From contig NC_068989.1 in NCBI RefSeq assembly GCF_001194135.2, forward strand, positions 57,281,475-57,345,474: DNA of 64,000 nt, written 5' to 3'. The DNA is from Octopus bimaculoides. Its lineage: Eukaryota. The position numbers and the translations under genes are program-made. A model generated the notes under the pieces. The model saw nothing but the letters and a program-made list of their open reading frames with translations, ran no database searches and was not told the DNA's origin. Below, one piece after another: positions 39,586-53,011 of the stretch (positions within the stretch are counted from its first letter, which is position 1; each line of letters starts with the position of its first letter).

Positions 39586-41091
39586 CGATGAAGCTTATAC
39601 GCTACTACTTCATTACCACATGGTCCCACACATACACTTACAGATACTTCAGCAACAAAGCAACACGTGTTCCATTTTGCCTGCTATTTTATAAAATTAT
39701 ACTGGTTTATATTTTGTCATAAATTGTATTTCAAATCTATATAAACAAAGTGTTCTTGTACATATGTATGTATAAAGTAATGAATGCTCGTATTCCCGTG
39801 CATGTGCGTGTTTGTCAGTTTATTATAGGCATACACACACACACACACACACACACACANNNNNNNNNNNNNNNNNNNNNNNNNNNNNNNNNNNNNNNNN
39901 NNNNNNNNNNNNNNNNNNNNNNNNNNNNNNNNNNNNNNNNNNNNNNNNNNNNNNNNNNNNNNNNNNNNNNNNNNNNNNNNNNNNNNNNNNNNNNNNNNNN
40001 NNNNNNNNNNNNNNNNNNNNNNNNNNNNNNNNNNNNNNNNNNNNNNNNNNNNNNNNNNNNNNNNNNNNNNNNNNNNNNNNNNNNNNNNNNNNNNNNNNNN
40101 NNNNNNNNNNNNNNNNNNNNNNNNNNNNNNNNNNNNNNNNNNNNNNNNNNNNNNNNNNNNNNNNNNNNNNNNNNNNNNNNNNNNNNNNNNNNNNNNNNNN
40201 NNNNNNNNNNNNNNNNNNNNNNNNNNNNNNNNNNNNNNNNNNNNNNNNNNNNNNNNNNNNNNNNNNNNNNNNNNNNNNNNNNNNNNNNNNNNNNNNNNNN
40301 NNNNNNNNNNNNNNNNNNNNNNNNNNNNNNNNNNNNNNNNNNNNNNNNNNNNNNNNNNNNNNNNNNNNNNNNNNNNNNNNNNNNNNNNNNNNNNNNNNNN
40401 NNNNNNNNNNNNNNNNNNNNNNNNNNNNNNNNNNNNNNNNNNNNNNNNNNNNNNNNNNNNNNNNNNNNNNNNNNNNNNNNNNNNNNNNNNNNNNNNNNNN
40501 NNNNNNNNNNNNNNNNNNNNNNNNNNNNNNNNNNNNNNNNNNNNNNNNNNNNNNNNNNNNNNNNNNNNNNNNNNNNNNNNNNNNNNNNNNNNNNNNNNNN
40601 NNNNNNNNNNNNNNNNNNNNNNNNNNNNNNNNNNNNNNNNNNNNNNNNNNNNNNNNNNNNNNNNNNNNNNNNNNNNNNNNNNNNNNNNNNNNNNNNNNNN
40701 NNNNNNNNNNNNNNNNNNNNNNNNNNNNNNNNNNNNNNNNNNNNNNNNNNNNNNNNNNNNNNNNNNNNNNNNNNNNNNNNNNNNNNNNNNNNNNNNNNNN
40801 NNNNNNNNNNNNNNNNTATATATATATATATTATACATATTTATGTATATATTTATATCTACTCTCTTTATGCAAATGCACAGATATTATGTATTCATTT
40901 AGCTTTGTATCCGCATATAACTGAATAATCATGTATACTTCTTTCATTATGTCTACTCGTTATTTCAATTCACTATATACATATATACATACATACGTAC
41001 ACAAATGCATACATACAAATATATACACACACACCACATATCTATCTACATCTCTTTCTGTCTCACCCTTTCTCTCTCTCGCTATATATAT

Positions 41092-41124
<33 letters not shown>

Positions 41125-41717
41125 NNNNNNNNNNNNNNNNNNNNNNNNNNNNNNNNNNNNNNNNNNNNNNNNNNNNNNNNNNNNNNNNNNNNNNNNNNNN
41201 NNNNNNNNNNNNNNNNNNNNNNNNNNNNNNNNNNNNNNNNNNNNNNNNNNNNNNNNNNNNNNNNNNNNNNNNNNNNNNNNNNNNNNNNNNNNNNNNNNNN
41301 NNNNNNNNNNNNNNNNNNNNNNNNNNNNNNNNNNNNNNNNNNNNNNNNNNNNNNNNNNNNNNNNNNNNNNNNNNNNNNNNNNNNNNNNNNNNNNNNNNNN
41401 NNNNNNNNNNNNNNNNNNNNNNNNNNTGTATGTGTTAAGAAATAACACCGACCAATTATTTCAGTCTTGTCATGAATGCTATAAAAATTGTTACTGAAAA
41501 ATCGTTTTGTAGTTTCAGAAAAAAAAAAAAGAAAAAATAGAATGCGTTAATTTTTCTTACATGTCTCATATATTTCTTTTTCGTTTTTCTTCTCAGCCCT
41601 GAAAATTACACCCTGTAACTGTCAAAACTTTAAAACCCTGAAAAACTTCCATTAGTTTGGTTTGATGAAAGCGATCTCGAAGCCCAGCTAACTTACTTAA
41701 GATTTTTTTTACTTAAA

Positions 41718-42783
41718 ATGGACAGCAGTGGTCGGGGAAATGATAACGGTCGGGGCCACCCTCGACATTACTTAACCCCTGAGGGTAAGAAAATGGATAA
41801 GTCTCCTAGTCTTCATGGCATGCACGCTCAAAGTTCCACGGAGACTAGTGGTTTAGGAGAAACCATCACATCAGGATTTTCATCTCAAGACAGTGTATTA
41901 AGCGGCAAAGATCTCGACACCAACTTTTCCACAACCGATGTATCGGTGCTAAAGAATTTGAAGTCACTAACATCCACAGACACAACACCATCGAATATCG
42001 GTGGGGTAGCGCGGATTGGACGCAAGCCTAATATACGTCAAAGCACGACACGCAATAAAAATTACGCCCAGATCCCAGTGACAAATGAAATTGAAGAAGA
42101 CATGTATATAAATCAAACCAACTTCGATGCTTTGTTTATGCAAAGCGCAGCCGAGGCGGCAAGGATTGACGATAACAGTTCTCGTATGACTTCAACAGTT
42201 CCCGCAAATTCTCAAAGGGATCACATAGAAGAATGGGAGCGAGGAGGTTCGATGAGAAGTTCAATTCGCAGTCATTCTTCAATTGGTTCATTTCGTTCGA
42301 GAAACGGCTCAAGAAAAAGTCCCCGAAGATTCCTCGGGGCAGGGACCAACTCAACATGGATGAAATGGTCTGAGGAGCGCAGAGCTTCATATAGACGTCG
42401 AATAGAGCTGTTAGATAAACCGAAAGTCGACACAGAAAGAGTTACTACACCCATTAAGAAAGCTCGACAGGAGTGCCTTAAGTTTGTACATCCAGACTTG
42501 GAGAAAAATTATCTTTCAGAGGACGACATTAACGACTTAAAGAGACACAAGCAACAGCAATATTATACCTATAGTGTAATAGAAAAGTCAAAAAAGGGAC
42601 GATATCCCGTGCGAACAGAGGTACATTTAACTGTTGCCGAATGGAATATAGTCAACGGTTTCTGGCAGCACAACCTTTTTCAACGGACCCGTTATGTAGG
42701 CGTGGCCATCAGCTTTTTTACTCTGATTCTTCAAATTTTATGTATCACAAGTAACCAATGGATATCTTACACACGACAAACCA
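41718..42783 (+). CDS. First coding exon of a claudin/PMP22/EMP-superfamily-like tetraspan membrane protein with a long cytoplasmic N-terminus (remaining exons not identified in the window)
   Basis: Only long non-repetitive ORF (357 codons, normal composition). Start context aaaATGG. A polypyrimidine acceptor at 41595-41596 suggests a 5'UTR part from 41597. The ORF ends in RYVGVAISFFTLILQILCITSNQW (hydrophobic helix then W, as in claudin TM1/ECL1) with a phase-1 GTGAGT donor at 42784. Family assignment is inference from this motif. Confidence 0.85.
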
Positions 42784-44257
42784 GTGAGTAAACAATTTGT
42801 TTTAATTTTTTTTAATTTTATTTTCACCTACAAATGAAGTTTTACTTTTATTCTTTTTGCTTATATTTTGGTACCATAATCTGCTACTTTCTCGTTTCTT
42901 ATTATGTATACTAACAGTATAAACGAACAAGTTGCAAATAGTTATATAGTAGAAGTATGCAAACACGTATTTGTAAATGCTTGTTAACACAGATACTTAT
43001 GGACATCTCGTTTAAAAACAACATTTTAAGATTTTGAACAATTGTTTATCTTTAGCTTTGTATCTGTACGGACATTAACGCACACACCCAACTCAGTCAA
43101 GACATTTCTATAATAAATGGGTTGTGATAATACTTAAATGCCTATTTAAAAAAAAAACCAATGTTTGTATAACCATCTTACTTTGAGAGCGAGAGGGAAA
43201 AAATATATTTCTGAGAAGCCATATTAACAGGATACAATATTGATGGCTTTTGTACAAATTGACTAGAATATATATAATGGTTTAGTTTTGCTTCTATGGT
43301 TTAGTCAGACGAGCAAGGGAACAGCTATTACTTTTGATGGGCCTCCTAGATTCGTGGAGGAAAGAGAGGGCGAACTCACAATTCAAGAATTACTGTAATG
43401 AGAAATAACACAGCAAGATATCAAGTCATGCACACACTGGAAATCTGGCCAGAATGCGTGCATCTGAGGGAACTCGGTTAAGTGTTCGTTTTGTTAGAAT
43501 CGTTAATATTCTGTATTGTATATATCACACATAGTATCTATTTTTGTATGTACTATACTATATATACTATATATATTTTATAATGGCACACCAAGGGAAG
43601 GCAACATTCTAGTATAAGCTCTATGCTATGAAAGTATATAGTATATATAGATACAATGTAACATTTTTAAATAAGTTCAATGTAATAATAGTGTATATTT
43701 TATAACAAAACACTGATAGAATGCAATACTTTGAGTAAGCTTAACATTATAGTAACATATACATTATGTATATAGTAACAACCTGATCATAATATGTAAT
43801 ATGTAATAAACCAGGGATTGGTTGATACATAAATATGATCACAACCTGCTGCAGACTGATGAGGATTTATACTAAATAACGCTATAAGGAACTTAACTAA
43901 ACACACGATGTATGCCCCCAAATTGACATCTTAAACTAGATATATGAATGTCTTATGTTTATTCAATGGAAAATACTTATGCTGTGTTATTGGTACTTAA
44001 ATTTTATTACCATGTATAAAGCTGCGGTTCATACGGTAACTAATTAACGCTCCAGTCTTTCTGGTAACCCAAATTTATCATATTAACATCCATTAAGACA
44101 TGTGTTGAGAGATATCCTAAAGCTAGCTATATTTGTGCGATAATTTCGATCAAATAATTAAAAGAATTTACCTTTTCTTATGTGTATTCCTCTCAGTTTT
44201 CTCTCTCTCACCCACTCTCCCTCCTCTCTCTCTCTGCCACATGCGTTGATTGTATGA

Positions 44258-44290
<33 letters not shown>

Positions 44291-44977
44291 TGCTTGCATG
44301 AATGCACGCATGCATGCATGTATGTATGTATGTATGTATGTAGGTAGGTAGGTAGGTAGGTAGGTAGGTAGGTAGGTAGGTAGGTAGGTAGGTAGGTANN
44401 NNNNNNNNNNNNNNNNNNNNNNNNNNNNNNNNNNNNNNNNNNNNNNNNNNNNNNNNNNNNNNNNNNNNNNNNNNNNNNNNNNNNNNNNNNNNNNNNNNNN
44501 NNNNNNNNNNNNNNNNNNNNNNNNNNNNNNNNNNNNNNNNNNNNNNNNNNNNNNNNNNNNNNNNNNNNNNNNNNNNNNNNNNNNNNNNNNNNNNNNNNNN
44601 NNNNNNNNNNNNNNNNNNNNNNNNNNNNNNNNNNNNNNNNNNNNNNNNNNNNNNNNNNNNNNNNNNNNNNNNNNNNNNNNNNNNNNNNNNNNNNNNNNNN
44701 NNNNNNNNNNNNNNNNNNNNNNNNNNNNNNNNNNNNNNNNNNNNNNNNNNNNNNNNNNNNNNNNNNNNNNNNNNNNNNNNNNNNNNNNNNNNNNNNNNNN
44801 NNNNNNNNNNNNNNNNNNNNNNNNNNNNNNNNNNNNNNNNNNNNNNNNNNNNNNNNNNNNNNNNNNNNNNNNNNNNNNNNNNNNNNNNNNNNNNNNNNNN
44901 NNNNNNNNNNNNNNNNNNNNNNNNNNNNNNNNNNNNNNNNNNNNNNNNNNNNNNNNNNNNNNNNNNNNNNNNNNNNN

Positions 44978-45031
<54 letters not shown>

Positions 45032-46061
45032 AATAACTGTTCTAAAAGCAATTATACCCCTCATCAACCTCGTTGCGTAGGCATTTTTATGTGTTTTGCA
45101 ATATTTATATTGTAGTAACTCATATTAGTAAGTTCTAAAGTTAATTAGCCCTGTGGTACGTTTGTTCCATTGCTGACACCAAGATGTCGATGCGTCAGTA
45201 TATTTCACTTGGCTAATTTAAGTGGTATATCGATGGCATTTTCTTTTTCACTCCTGTAGTTGCATGTAATATATGTGCTGTGCATTCTGTACTGGTTTTA
45301 CCTCGCTATGTAGTCGCAAGCAGACTTAAACATCTTCTTAATCGCCGGGGTGCGACATCCAATATCTAAAGACTACAATAGCGTACCGTCGAAATTCACT
45401 TCAAGTGAGTAGACTAGAACAACTTGAAATGAACGATAGCCTGGTGCAGGAAACAAACACGCGAATTCATAATCGTGTCCGCCATATATGTAGTATGTAC
45501 TCATCAAAATTGCAGAGTCGTTAGAAAGTCGGATGAAATGCATTCCAACTGCTGTATATGTATGTATGTCATTATTCAGTTTTATTTCAAGATTTCATTA
45601 GAAAACAAAGAAAGAGCTGGTTTCTAACCTAGATCGAAGGTTCCTTCATTGGAATTTCAACGTCAACAACAGTGTATTTTTCTTTGTATGTATGTATGTA
45701 TGTATGTATGTATGTATGTATGTATGTATGTATGTATGTATGTATGTATGTATGTATCTATGTATGTATCTATGTATGTATGTATGTAATGTATGTAAGT
45801 ATGTATGTACGTATGTATGTATGTAAGTATGTATGTATGCATGTATGTATATGTGCAGATTTGTATGTTTTGTTTTATCTATGTATTCTCATTCATATAG
45901 TTGCATATCTAGACTTGTATGTGTGTATGTATGTATGTATGTATGTAAGTACGTATGTATGTATCAAGACTGTAGAGTCGTTTGAAAGTCGAATGAAATG
46001 CATTCCACCCGATTGTTTAATGTATGTATGTATATATATATATATTTCTTTTATCTTTTCC

Positions 46062-46385
46062 TTTTATCATTAGACTGCGGTCATACTGGGGCATTGCTTT
46101 AAGAGTTTTTAGTCGAATAAATCAACCTCAGTACTTGTTTTATTTTAAGCCTGCTACATAGTTTATCAGTCTCTTTTGCCTAACTGCTAGTTTAATGGGA
46201 CATAAACACACCTCAACGGACATCAAGTGGTTGTGATAGGAGACAAACACAGATACAAAAATCACACACACACACACACACACACACACGTATATATACA
46301 TAAATATATACATGTGTGTATGTATGTGTGTGTGTGCGGGCAGGGACTTCTTACTGTTTCCGTCTATGAAATCCATTCATAAGAC
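46062..46385 (-). mobile_element. SINE family B, partial
   Basis: Reverse-complement homology to 38920-39200. Confidence 0.8.
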
Positions 46386-47959
46386 TTTTTGCCATATATA
46401 GCTTACTATGATAATATGAGCCATTTTTAGTTCAGATATATTTGACGTCGTTACAGTTTCAAAATGCATGAAGCGCAAAATAACCATAAGAGGTTTTAAT
46501 AATCTTAATAAAATTTGGAAGGAATGATGTAGTCAAAATTAACAAGGCATAATGGAAACAATACACGAAGCATCGTTTTGTGCTGCAACTATGGTCGTGT
46601 TGTTATCGAATCTTCGTAAAAACATATAAATAAATCATGTTTTGTTTTTGAACGAATAAAAAATTTGAAAAAAAATCTTCTGCTAATACTAAAAGGAACA
46701 TAAAACCTTGACTCCAAAGTATTCAATAATGCTTTGCATTGGGAAGCCACAATCAATATAATTCATAAAATGAGACAAGTTCCTATGTTGCAACTGGATG
46801 TGAATTTGGGGCTTTCAGACATGGCCCTTCCTTAGTTTTCCTCAAATCATTTATCTCTATGAAATCTCAAAATCTCAGAAATCAGCACTCTCACGGGCGT
46901 TGAATTTTATTGTATATTATAAATGTTACTTTGATAATATAAAGGTACAATTATTGGCAGATAATGTTCAACAAGATATTAATAGATACTGCCAAACAGA
47001 TATTGTAAAAAGAAACATTGGCAGATATTACGAAAAGAATATAGACAGGTATTGTTAAATAATGCTATTGTTAAACACTTATTGACAAAAATTAATAGAT
47101 ATTGATAAAATTAACTTGGTTGTATCAGAGCATTGAAAATAATTTCAATCGTCACATGATTATTGGTTGTCTTCTGTTACATTTCCATATAAGGCAAGGT
47201 ACTGAGAAAACGTCCTCCTAAGAAACCCAAGAAGGAAAAACGTGTGTAATAATTTCGATTACTAGATACAGGCCTACTGTGTAAATGGCGGATATCAGTC
47301 ATTTAAAATCATTTAAACCTTCTAGAATGTTACATGCTAAGCTCGACCTCTGAAAGTATGTAATTTATTAAATTATGTATTTTCAGTATTGAACCCCACT
47401 ATTTATATCGGCCTAGTTTCAGAAACATGTTTCAAAAGCAGATAAATCCATTCTTTTGAACTCCTAGTTCTACTATTGCAGTAGTGCGTATTGATGTATT
47501 TCTCGTCCTTAGAGTTGAATAATGTATCCTCTTCAAAAGATATATTGTGAATTACTTTTACCACGCTGATTGATTATATGTGATGAATAGCATTAGTATT
47601 GTTGTTGTTTTTCATGACTGAACTGACTTATAGAAATATCATTAATCTGAGTTCTCAGATATACAATATGGTAGTCGTCTATTAGACAAGAGAAATAAAT
47701 TCTGTATGATAACAAATATCAAATATGCATTTCCTAATGGATGTGTTCTTTCTTTAATTAAATATATCAAACCACTCCTAAATATGCCCCTTGAGCCATA
47801 GAAACGAAGAGTAATATTAATATAATAATTGTGTGGTACTAAACTAGATCATCAGATGCAGTCAGTGTAGTCTTTATAGAAAAGCATTTCAAAAGAGTTG
47901 GAGCTAATGGTAAATTTATAGTAAATAATCAATCAATATTTTATATGGGAATTCAACGA

Positions 47960-49130
47960 GTGTGTTTCCTGTCTCATGTTTGTGAGTTCAGAGTTCAATA
48001 ACGATGAAGGCTCTGAAGTCACCAACATGAGACACAAAACACGAAATTACATAGAGGAACTAGTTATATTGTTGTTCACAGCAATGAAAATAATATTTCA
48101 TAGTATCATATGGTTACTTGGTTGCTTTAATAGAATATTATTGAATACATGTATATATAAAACGCACTGTAAACATAAGTCTCCAAAATTGAAGAGTATG
48201 AGAAAATTGTGATACTATAGAACACCACTTTATACAGATAGTGGGTTTAAGACAAATATTCGACATATTCTCGTCAAAGTTCATTGCGTTAAAATATCTC
48301 TTATCATTTCTGATGAACGACAATATATTGCTGACTAAAATGAAGAAACTATTCAAATAGATAGATTTGGAAATAGAGGTAACAGAATACGTGCATTAAA
48401 AATAGAAAGAAAAAACAGTAGTTGATACAATGAGAATGTTAACAAAAGATACCACAAAACTACATAAGTTACATACAAAATACACAGAAAATACTTGTAC
48501 TATATATAACACAAATTGAACATAGAGTACATAGAATAAATTCTAAAAAAGGACAATGCAAAAGAAACTGCATGTATCACTGATAGGAAACTTTCTATTG
48601 CAGTCAAAGAACGCAAAGAAATCGATTTTTGAAGTAATAGAAAATATGTATTTCTATAATAATTCCGGTACTCACTAGATCTGGAGCTATTGCTGCAGAA
48701 GCAAGAGATGTTTAGACACATTCTGAACAAACAGTTTCGCAAGGGAAACGTGTGGGCATATGCACTCGCCGATCTCATCACGATAATAGATATCCGTTAA
48801 TTGAAGTGTGTGATACAATAATGAAGGAAAAAGAGGTGATATGAGAACGTATGAATCAGAACAAGTTGGTGAACCTGCAATTTAGCATCTATGGATACAA
48901 GGTTCATGCTGCAAGTATTGTAGGTGGCTGTACTGATGTCTTCTTTAAAAAAGTAGAAACTGGTAAAAGTAGTTATAGAGTAGATACGTTTGTAAGAAAT
49001 GAAGCAAACAGTGTCTTCATCAGCTCTCATCAGCATCAGGATCCATTTGAAGAGAGAAATGATAGAGAGGAAGAAGCTAATCTTCATACGCCTCATCAGT
49101 TTTACTCTGCGGTGAGATTTGTTTAGTTGT
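47960..49130 (+). mobile_element. Possible very old Penelope-like RT remnant
   Basis: LRQIFDIF (cf. RYIDDIF), LHTKYTEN and YSLDLE..KQFRKG (cf. YSQ..F..RGY) occur in the expected order but are heavily disrupted. Confidence 0.3.
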
Positions 49131-49759
49131 TTGAGATAGATATATGAGTGCCTTGTCTGTTATGTTGAGTTAGTATTTTGTGATATTTAGCTATTTTGCT
49201 GGATGATGCTTATATAGAGTTAGTGTTACGTATTTTACGTATTTAGCCGATAAGTGTGTGGAGGATGTGCTGTGTGGGTTGTATTATATTAATAATTCAT
49301 AACTATGTAGAAACAGTTGTAGGATATTATGTGTGTGGTGCGGGTCCTGGTTATGTGAGTGTGGGGGGTGCGTGTGTGTGTGTCTGTGTGTGTGTGTTTT
49401 ACAGTGTGTGTGTGTTTTACAGTGTTGGATATTAATAATACTTTTTTATTATAGACACAGGGCCTGAAACCTTGAGCAAGGGGATTAGGGTTAATTGGTA
49501 CTTAAATCATTGAACTCGAAACGATTAAATACAAAGTTGAACTGAGGGGAATATAAAAATACAACGTAAAACAAGAAGAAATGCTTGTAAGCATTTGTCC
49601 AGTGTGGTAAGCATTTGTCCTTGCGCTGGATTTTAATGATGTAACAGCGGTATGTGTTAAGGTATTCTATTGCACAATGTTTTTGTAGACTATGTGTTAT
49701 GATATTGTACTGGGCAGTTGCTGTCAACATATGCATTATATGCAGAGAGTTACTAATTA

Positions 49760-50165
49760 TGTCATGCTATAGAACTTGATGTACTTTATATGGAGTGGAT
49801 ACAGCATCTAGTAAGGCTGTCTTTTGCACAGTATATAACATTCAAAATTCTGAAATAGTTTTATGTCTATTTATGTCAGTTAGTATTGGTATAATATCAA
49901 ATTTTATAATACATAACCTTCTTGCTTCTATCTGTAGCTCCAAGCACATATTTAGTTTCTCCGTGACATGACTGCCAACTCAATTCTGTCTAAGAGTTGG
50001 TCAGGTCTGAGCAGTAGAGAATAATATCGAGTCATTATACTGGTTGTATTGTCTGCATCTGATATGAACATTCTTGTTCAGTACTTTTTTTATGTAACTG
50101 TGAAGTTAATATCAAACTTTCTGGTTCCAATTTTACTCCAGAGTTTGTGAGCCATTGTTGGCTCA
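49760..50165 (-). mobile_element. Highly decayed R4/Dong-like fragment
   Basis: QWLTNSGVKLEPESLIL resembles HQWLRSSGLKSETEG. Confidence 0.5.
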
Positions 50166-50227
50166 ACTCTACCTAAATTTATCTTCGTCCATTTTCTTTT
50201 TTTGTATATTTGTGGAATTCGTTTTGA

Positions 50228-50732
50228 ATACACCTTGGGTTCATCACTTTGAGCCAGAGGGAAATAGCTGCTTCATGCAATCTAAATATCCCTCGTCAAA
50301 AAGTCACTTGATCAATGGAGAGTATAATGCCAACTTGCTGAGGCGCTCAAGACTAAACACCCAGGAAACTTTACGAAATAGATCCTGTTTCATCAGAACA
50401 CTACTCCAGCACACGAGTCTTTGGTTTCAATGCCTGCTGTGCGTGACTGTGGCTTGGAACTGGTTGATCACTCTCTCTGTTCTCCTGATTTGGCTCCATC
50501 TGAATATCATCTGTTCCCTAACATAAAAATACCCACCAGTATCGCATATCTGGTGTTGATGACTTTCTTGACCACCAAGATGAAGGCTTCTTCACCAATG
50601 GGATCCAAGCACTGTATCATCGACGGAAGAAGTGTATAGGCAATAAGGAAGACTATGTTGAAAATTAACCCTCATTTGGTCATATTCCATGAGAGTATCT
50701 TGGTCATCCTATGAACTTCACAGCTGACTCTC
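50228..50732 (+). mobile_element. Mariner (DD34D) transposase relic, internally deleted, with 3' terminus
   Basis: WVHHFEPE, INGEYNANLL, ILFHQNTTPAH, ELVDHSLCSPDLAPSEYHLFPNIK, FFTNGIQALYHRRKKCI..EDYVEN. Confidence 0.9.
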
Positions 50733-51650
50733 AGAAGTTTCTTAGTAGCGGCTTAAAGTGAGTATTCTGTTGATGAATGAAGTCTCAATATAGAATTGAA
50801 ACGATTTCACCTGATCCATCATTCTCTCTTCACAAATATAATGTATATACAGACACGGCATGTATATATATATATATATATATATATANNNNNNNNNNNN
50901 NNNNNNNNNNNNNNNNNNNNNNNNNNNNNNNNNNNNNNNNNNNNNNNNNNNNNNNNNNNNNNNNNNNNNNNNNNNNNNNNNNNNNNNNNNNNNNNNNNNN
51001 NNNNNNNNNNNNNNNNNNNNNNNNNNNNNNNNNNNNNNNNNNNNNNNNNNNNNNNNNNNNNNNNNNNNNNNNNNNNNNNNNNNNNNNNNNNNNNNNNNNN
51101 NNNNNNNNNNNNNNNNNNNNNNNNNNNNNNNNNNNNNNNNNNNNNNNNNNNNNNNNNNNNNNNNNNNNNNNNNNNNNNNNNNNNNNNNNNNNNNNNNNNN
51201 NNNNNNNNNNNNNNNNNNNNNNNNNNNNNNNNNNNNNNNNNNNNNNNNNNNNNNNNNNNNNNNNNNNNNNNNNNNNNNNNNNNNNNNNNNNNNNNNNNNN
51301 NNNNNNNNNNNNNNNNNNNNNNNNNNNNNNNNNNNNNNNNNNNNNNNNNNNNNNNNNNNNNNNNNNNNNNNNNNNNNNNNNNNNNNNNNNNNNNNNNNNN
51401 NNNNNNNNNNNNNNNNNNNNNNNNNNNNNNNNNNNNNNNNNNNNNNNNNNNNNNNNNNNNNNNNNNNNNNNNNNNNNNNNNNNNNNNNNNNNNNNNNNNN
51501 NNNNNNNNNNNNNNNNNNNNNNNNNNNNNNNNNNNNNNNNNNNNNNNNNNNNNNNNNNNNNNNNNNNNNNNNNNNNNNNNNNNNNNNNNNNNNNNNNNNN
51601 NNNNNNNNNNNNNNNNNNNNNNNNNNNNNNNNNNNNNNNNNNNNNNNNNN

Positions 51651-51721
<71 letters not shown>

Positions 51722-51740
51722 TAGATATAGACATATATGT

Positions 51741-51963
51741 GTTATTTCTTTACTACCCACAAGAGGCTACACACAGAGGGGACAAACAAGGACAGACAAA
51801 CGGATTAAGTCGATTACATCGACCCCAGTGCGTAACTGGTACTTATTTAATCGACCCCGAAAGGATGAAAGGCAAAGTCGACCTCGGCGGAATTTGAACT
51901 CAGAACATAGCGGCAGACGAAATACCGCTAAGCATTTCGCCCGGCGTGCTAACGTTTCTGCCA
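51741..51963 (-). mobile_element. SINE family A, young copy with a variant 3' tail
   Basis: Nearly unmutated core. Tail CCCTCTGTGTGTAGCCTCTTGTGGGTAGTAAAGAAATAA differs from the + strand copies. Confidence 0.92.
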
Positions 51964-52089
51964 TATGTGTGTGTGTTTGTATCTGACTGTCTGTGTATAT
52001 GTATGCTTATATATGTGTTACATAACTTCATTCCATAATATATCTTTATATTTATATGTGTGTTTATGTGTATGCACATATAAATACTC

Positions 52090-52510
52090 TTTCTTCCCAC
52101 TTATTCAGTCTTCCCTCCTCCCACTTATGCTGCACTGATATCCCACCCTTGCATAAATTCCACCACCCCTAGCTATCCATCTGTATCTCAGAACGTTCAG
52201 ACACCTCACTCTATGCCCATCTCCTTACACTTTTATCCTCCTATACGTGCACACAACGCACCACATCTTTCTCTCGTCCTAAATCCTTCCGATAGAACTG
52301 TCTTCCCACCTGCCTTCGAAACTTTGTCTTATTTCCTTCTCTCTCTTCTTTGTCCTTCCCTCTTTTCCGACAACTTTCCAACTATTCGTGTTTCTGATGA
52401 AGGACTAACATCCGAAACGTCAACTACCTTTCCCTTTCCTTTCAAGCGTTAGACATATGTGAAAACGTAACCCTCTTGTTCTGTACTGTCGTTATTTTTT
52501 CCGTTTATCA
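52090..52510 (+). mobile_element. Penelope-type 3' terminal (pLTR-like) segment
   Basis: C/T-rich tract containing a hammerhead. The downstream AGCGTTA.AC...CTTGTT is shared with 8010-8190. Confidence 0.6.
52388..52427 (+). ncRNA. Minimal type-I hammerhead ribozyme (best-preserved copy)
   Basis: GTGTTT-CTGATGA-A-GGA-ctaaca-TCC-GAAAC-GTC-AACTAC. Full core, GUC cleavage triplet, stem I 5/6 paired, stem III palindromic (ACGT) with no loop. Confidence 0.8.
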
Positions 52511-52589
52511 TGTGTGAGTGTGCGCGCTTTACCTAAGAAAATTATGATAATACATACATATACATGTATTGTTATACATTAAATATATG

Positions 52590-52622
<33 letters not shown>

Positions 52623-52964
52623 CTATCTATTCGTACCTATATATATATATATGTATGTATATGTATAACTAGTCGTATGTGTGAAGGTGTGATCACACTA
52701 AAAGATAGCAAACGCTCAATAACTTGCTGCATGAATGCTAGCTTAATAGTAAAATCTTATTAGGAAGTCGAATTGTTAAAAAATTCACGCCATCTCACAC
52801 ATCTGTCACCATCAGCTGACCTAATTTACTTTTAACAAAACAGAGTCGGCAAAACTATACAAGAAATATGGATTGAGCTTCAAAATGTACCTGCTGTCTA
52901 GCTGAATGACATCAGTAGCAGTAGCAGCAGTAGCAACAGCAGAAGTGGTGGTGAGAGGTGAATT

Positions 52965-53011
<47 letters not shown>

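Noticed and set aside
45321-45403. Candidate second exon of the 41718 gene (GTGAGT donor, phase-compatible)
   Set aside because: The acceptor lacks a pyrimidine tract and the peptide has no GLWxxC motif.
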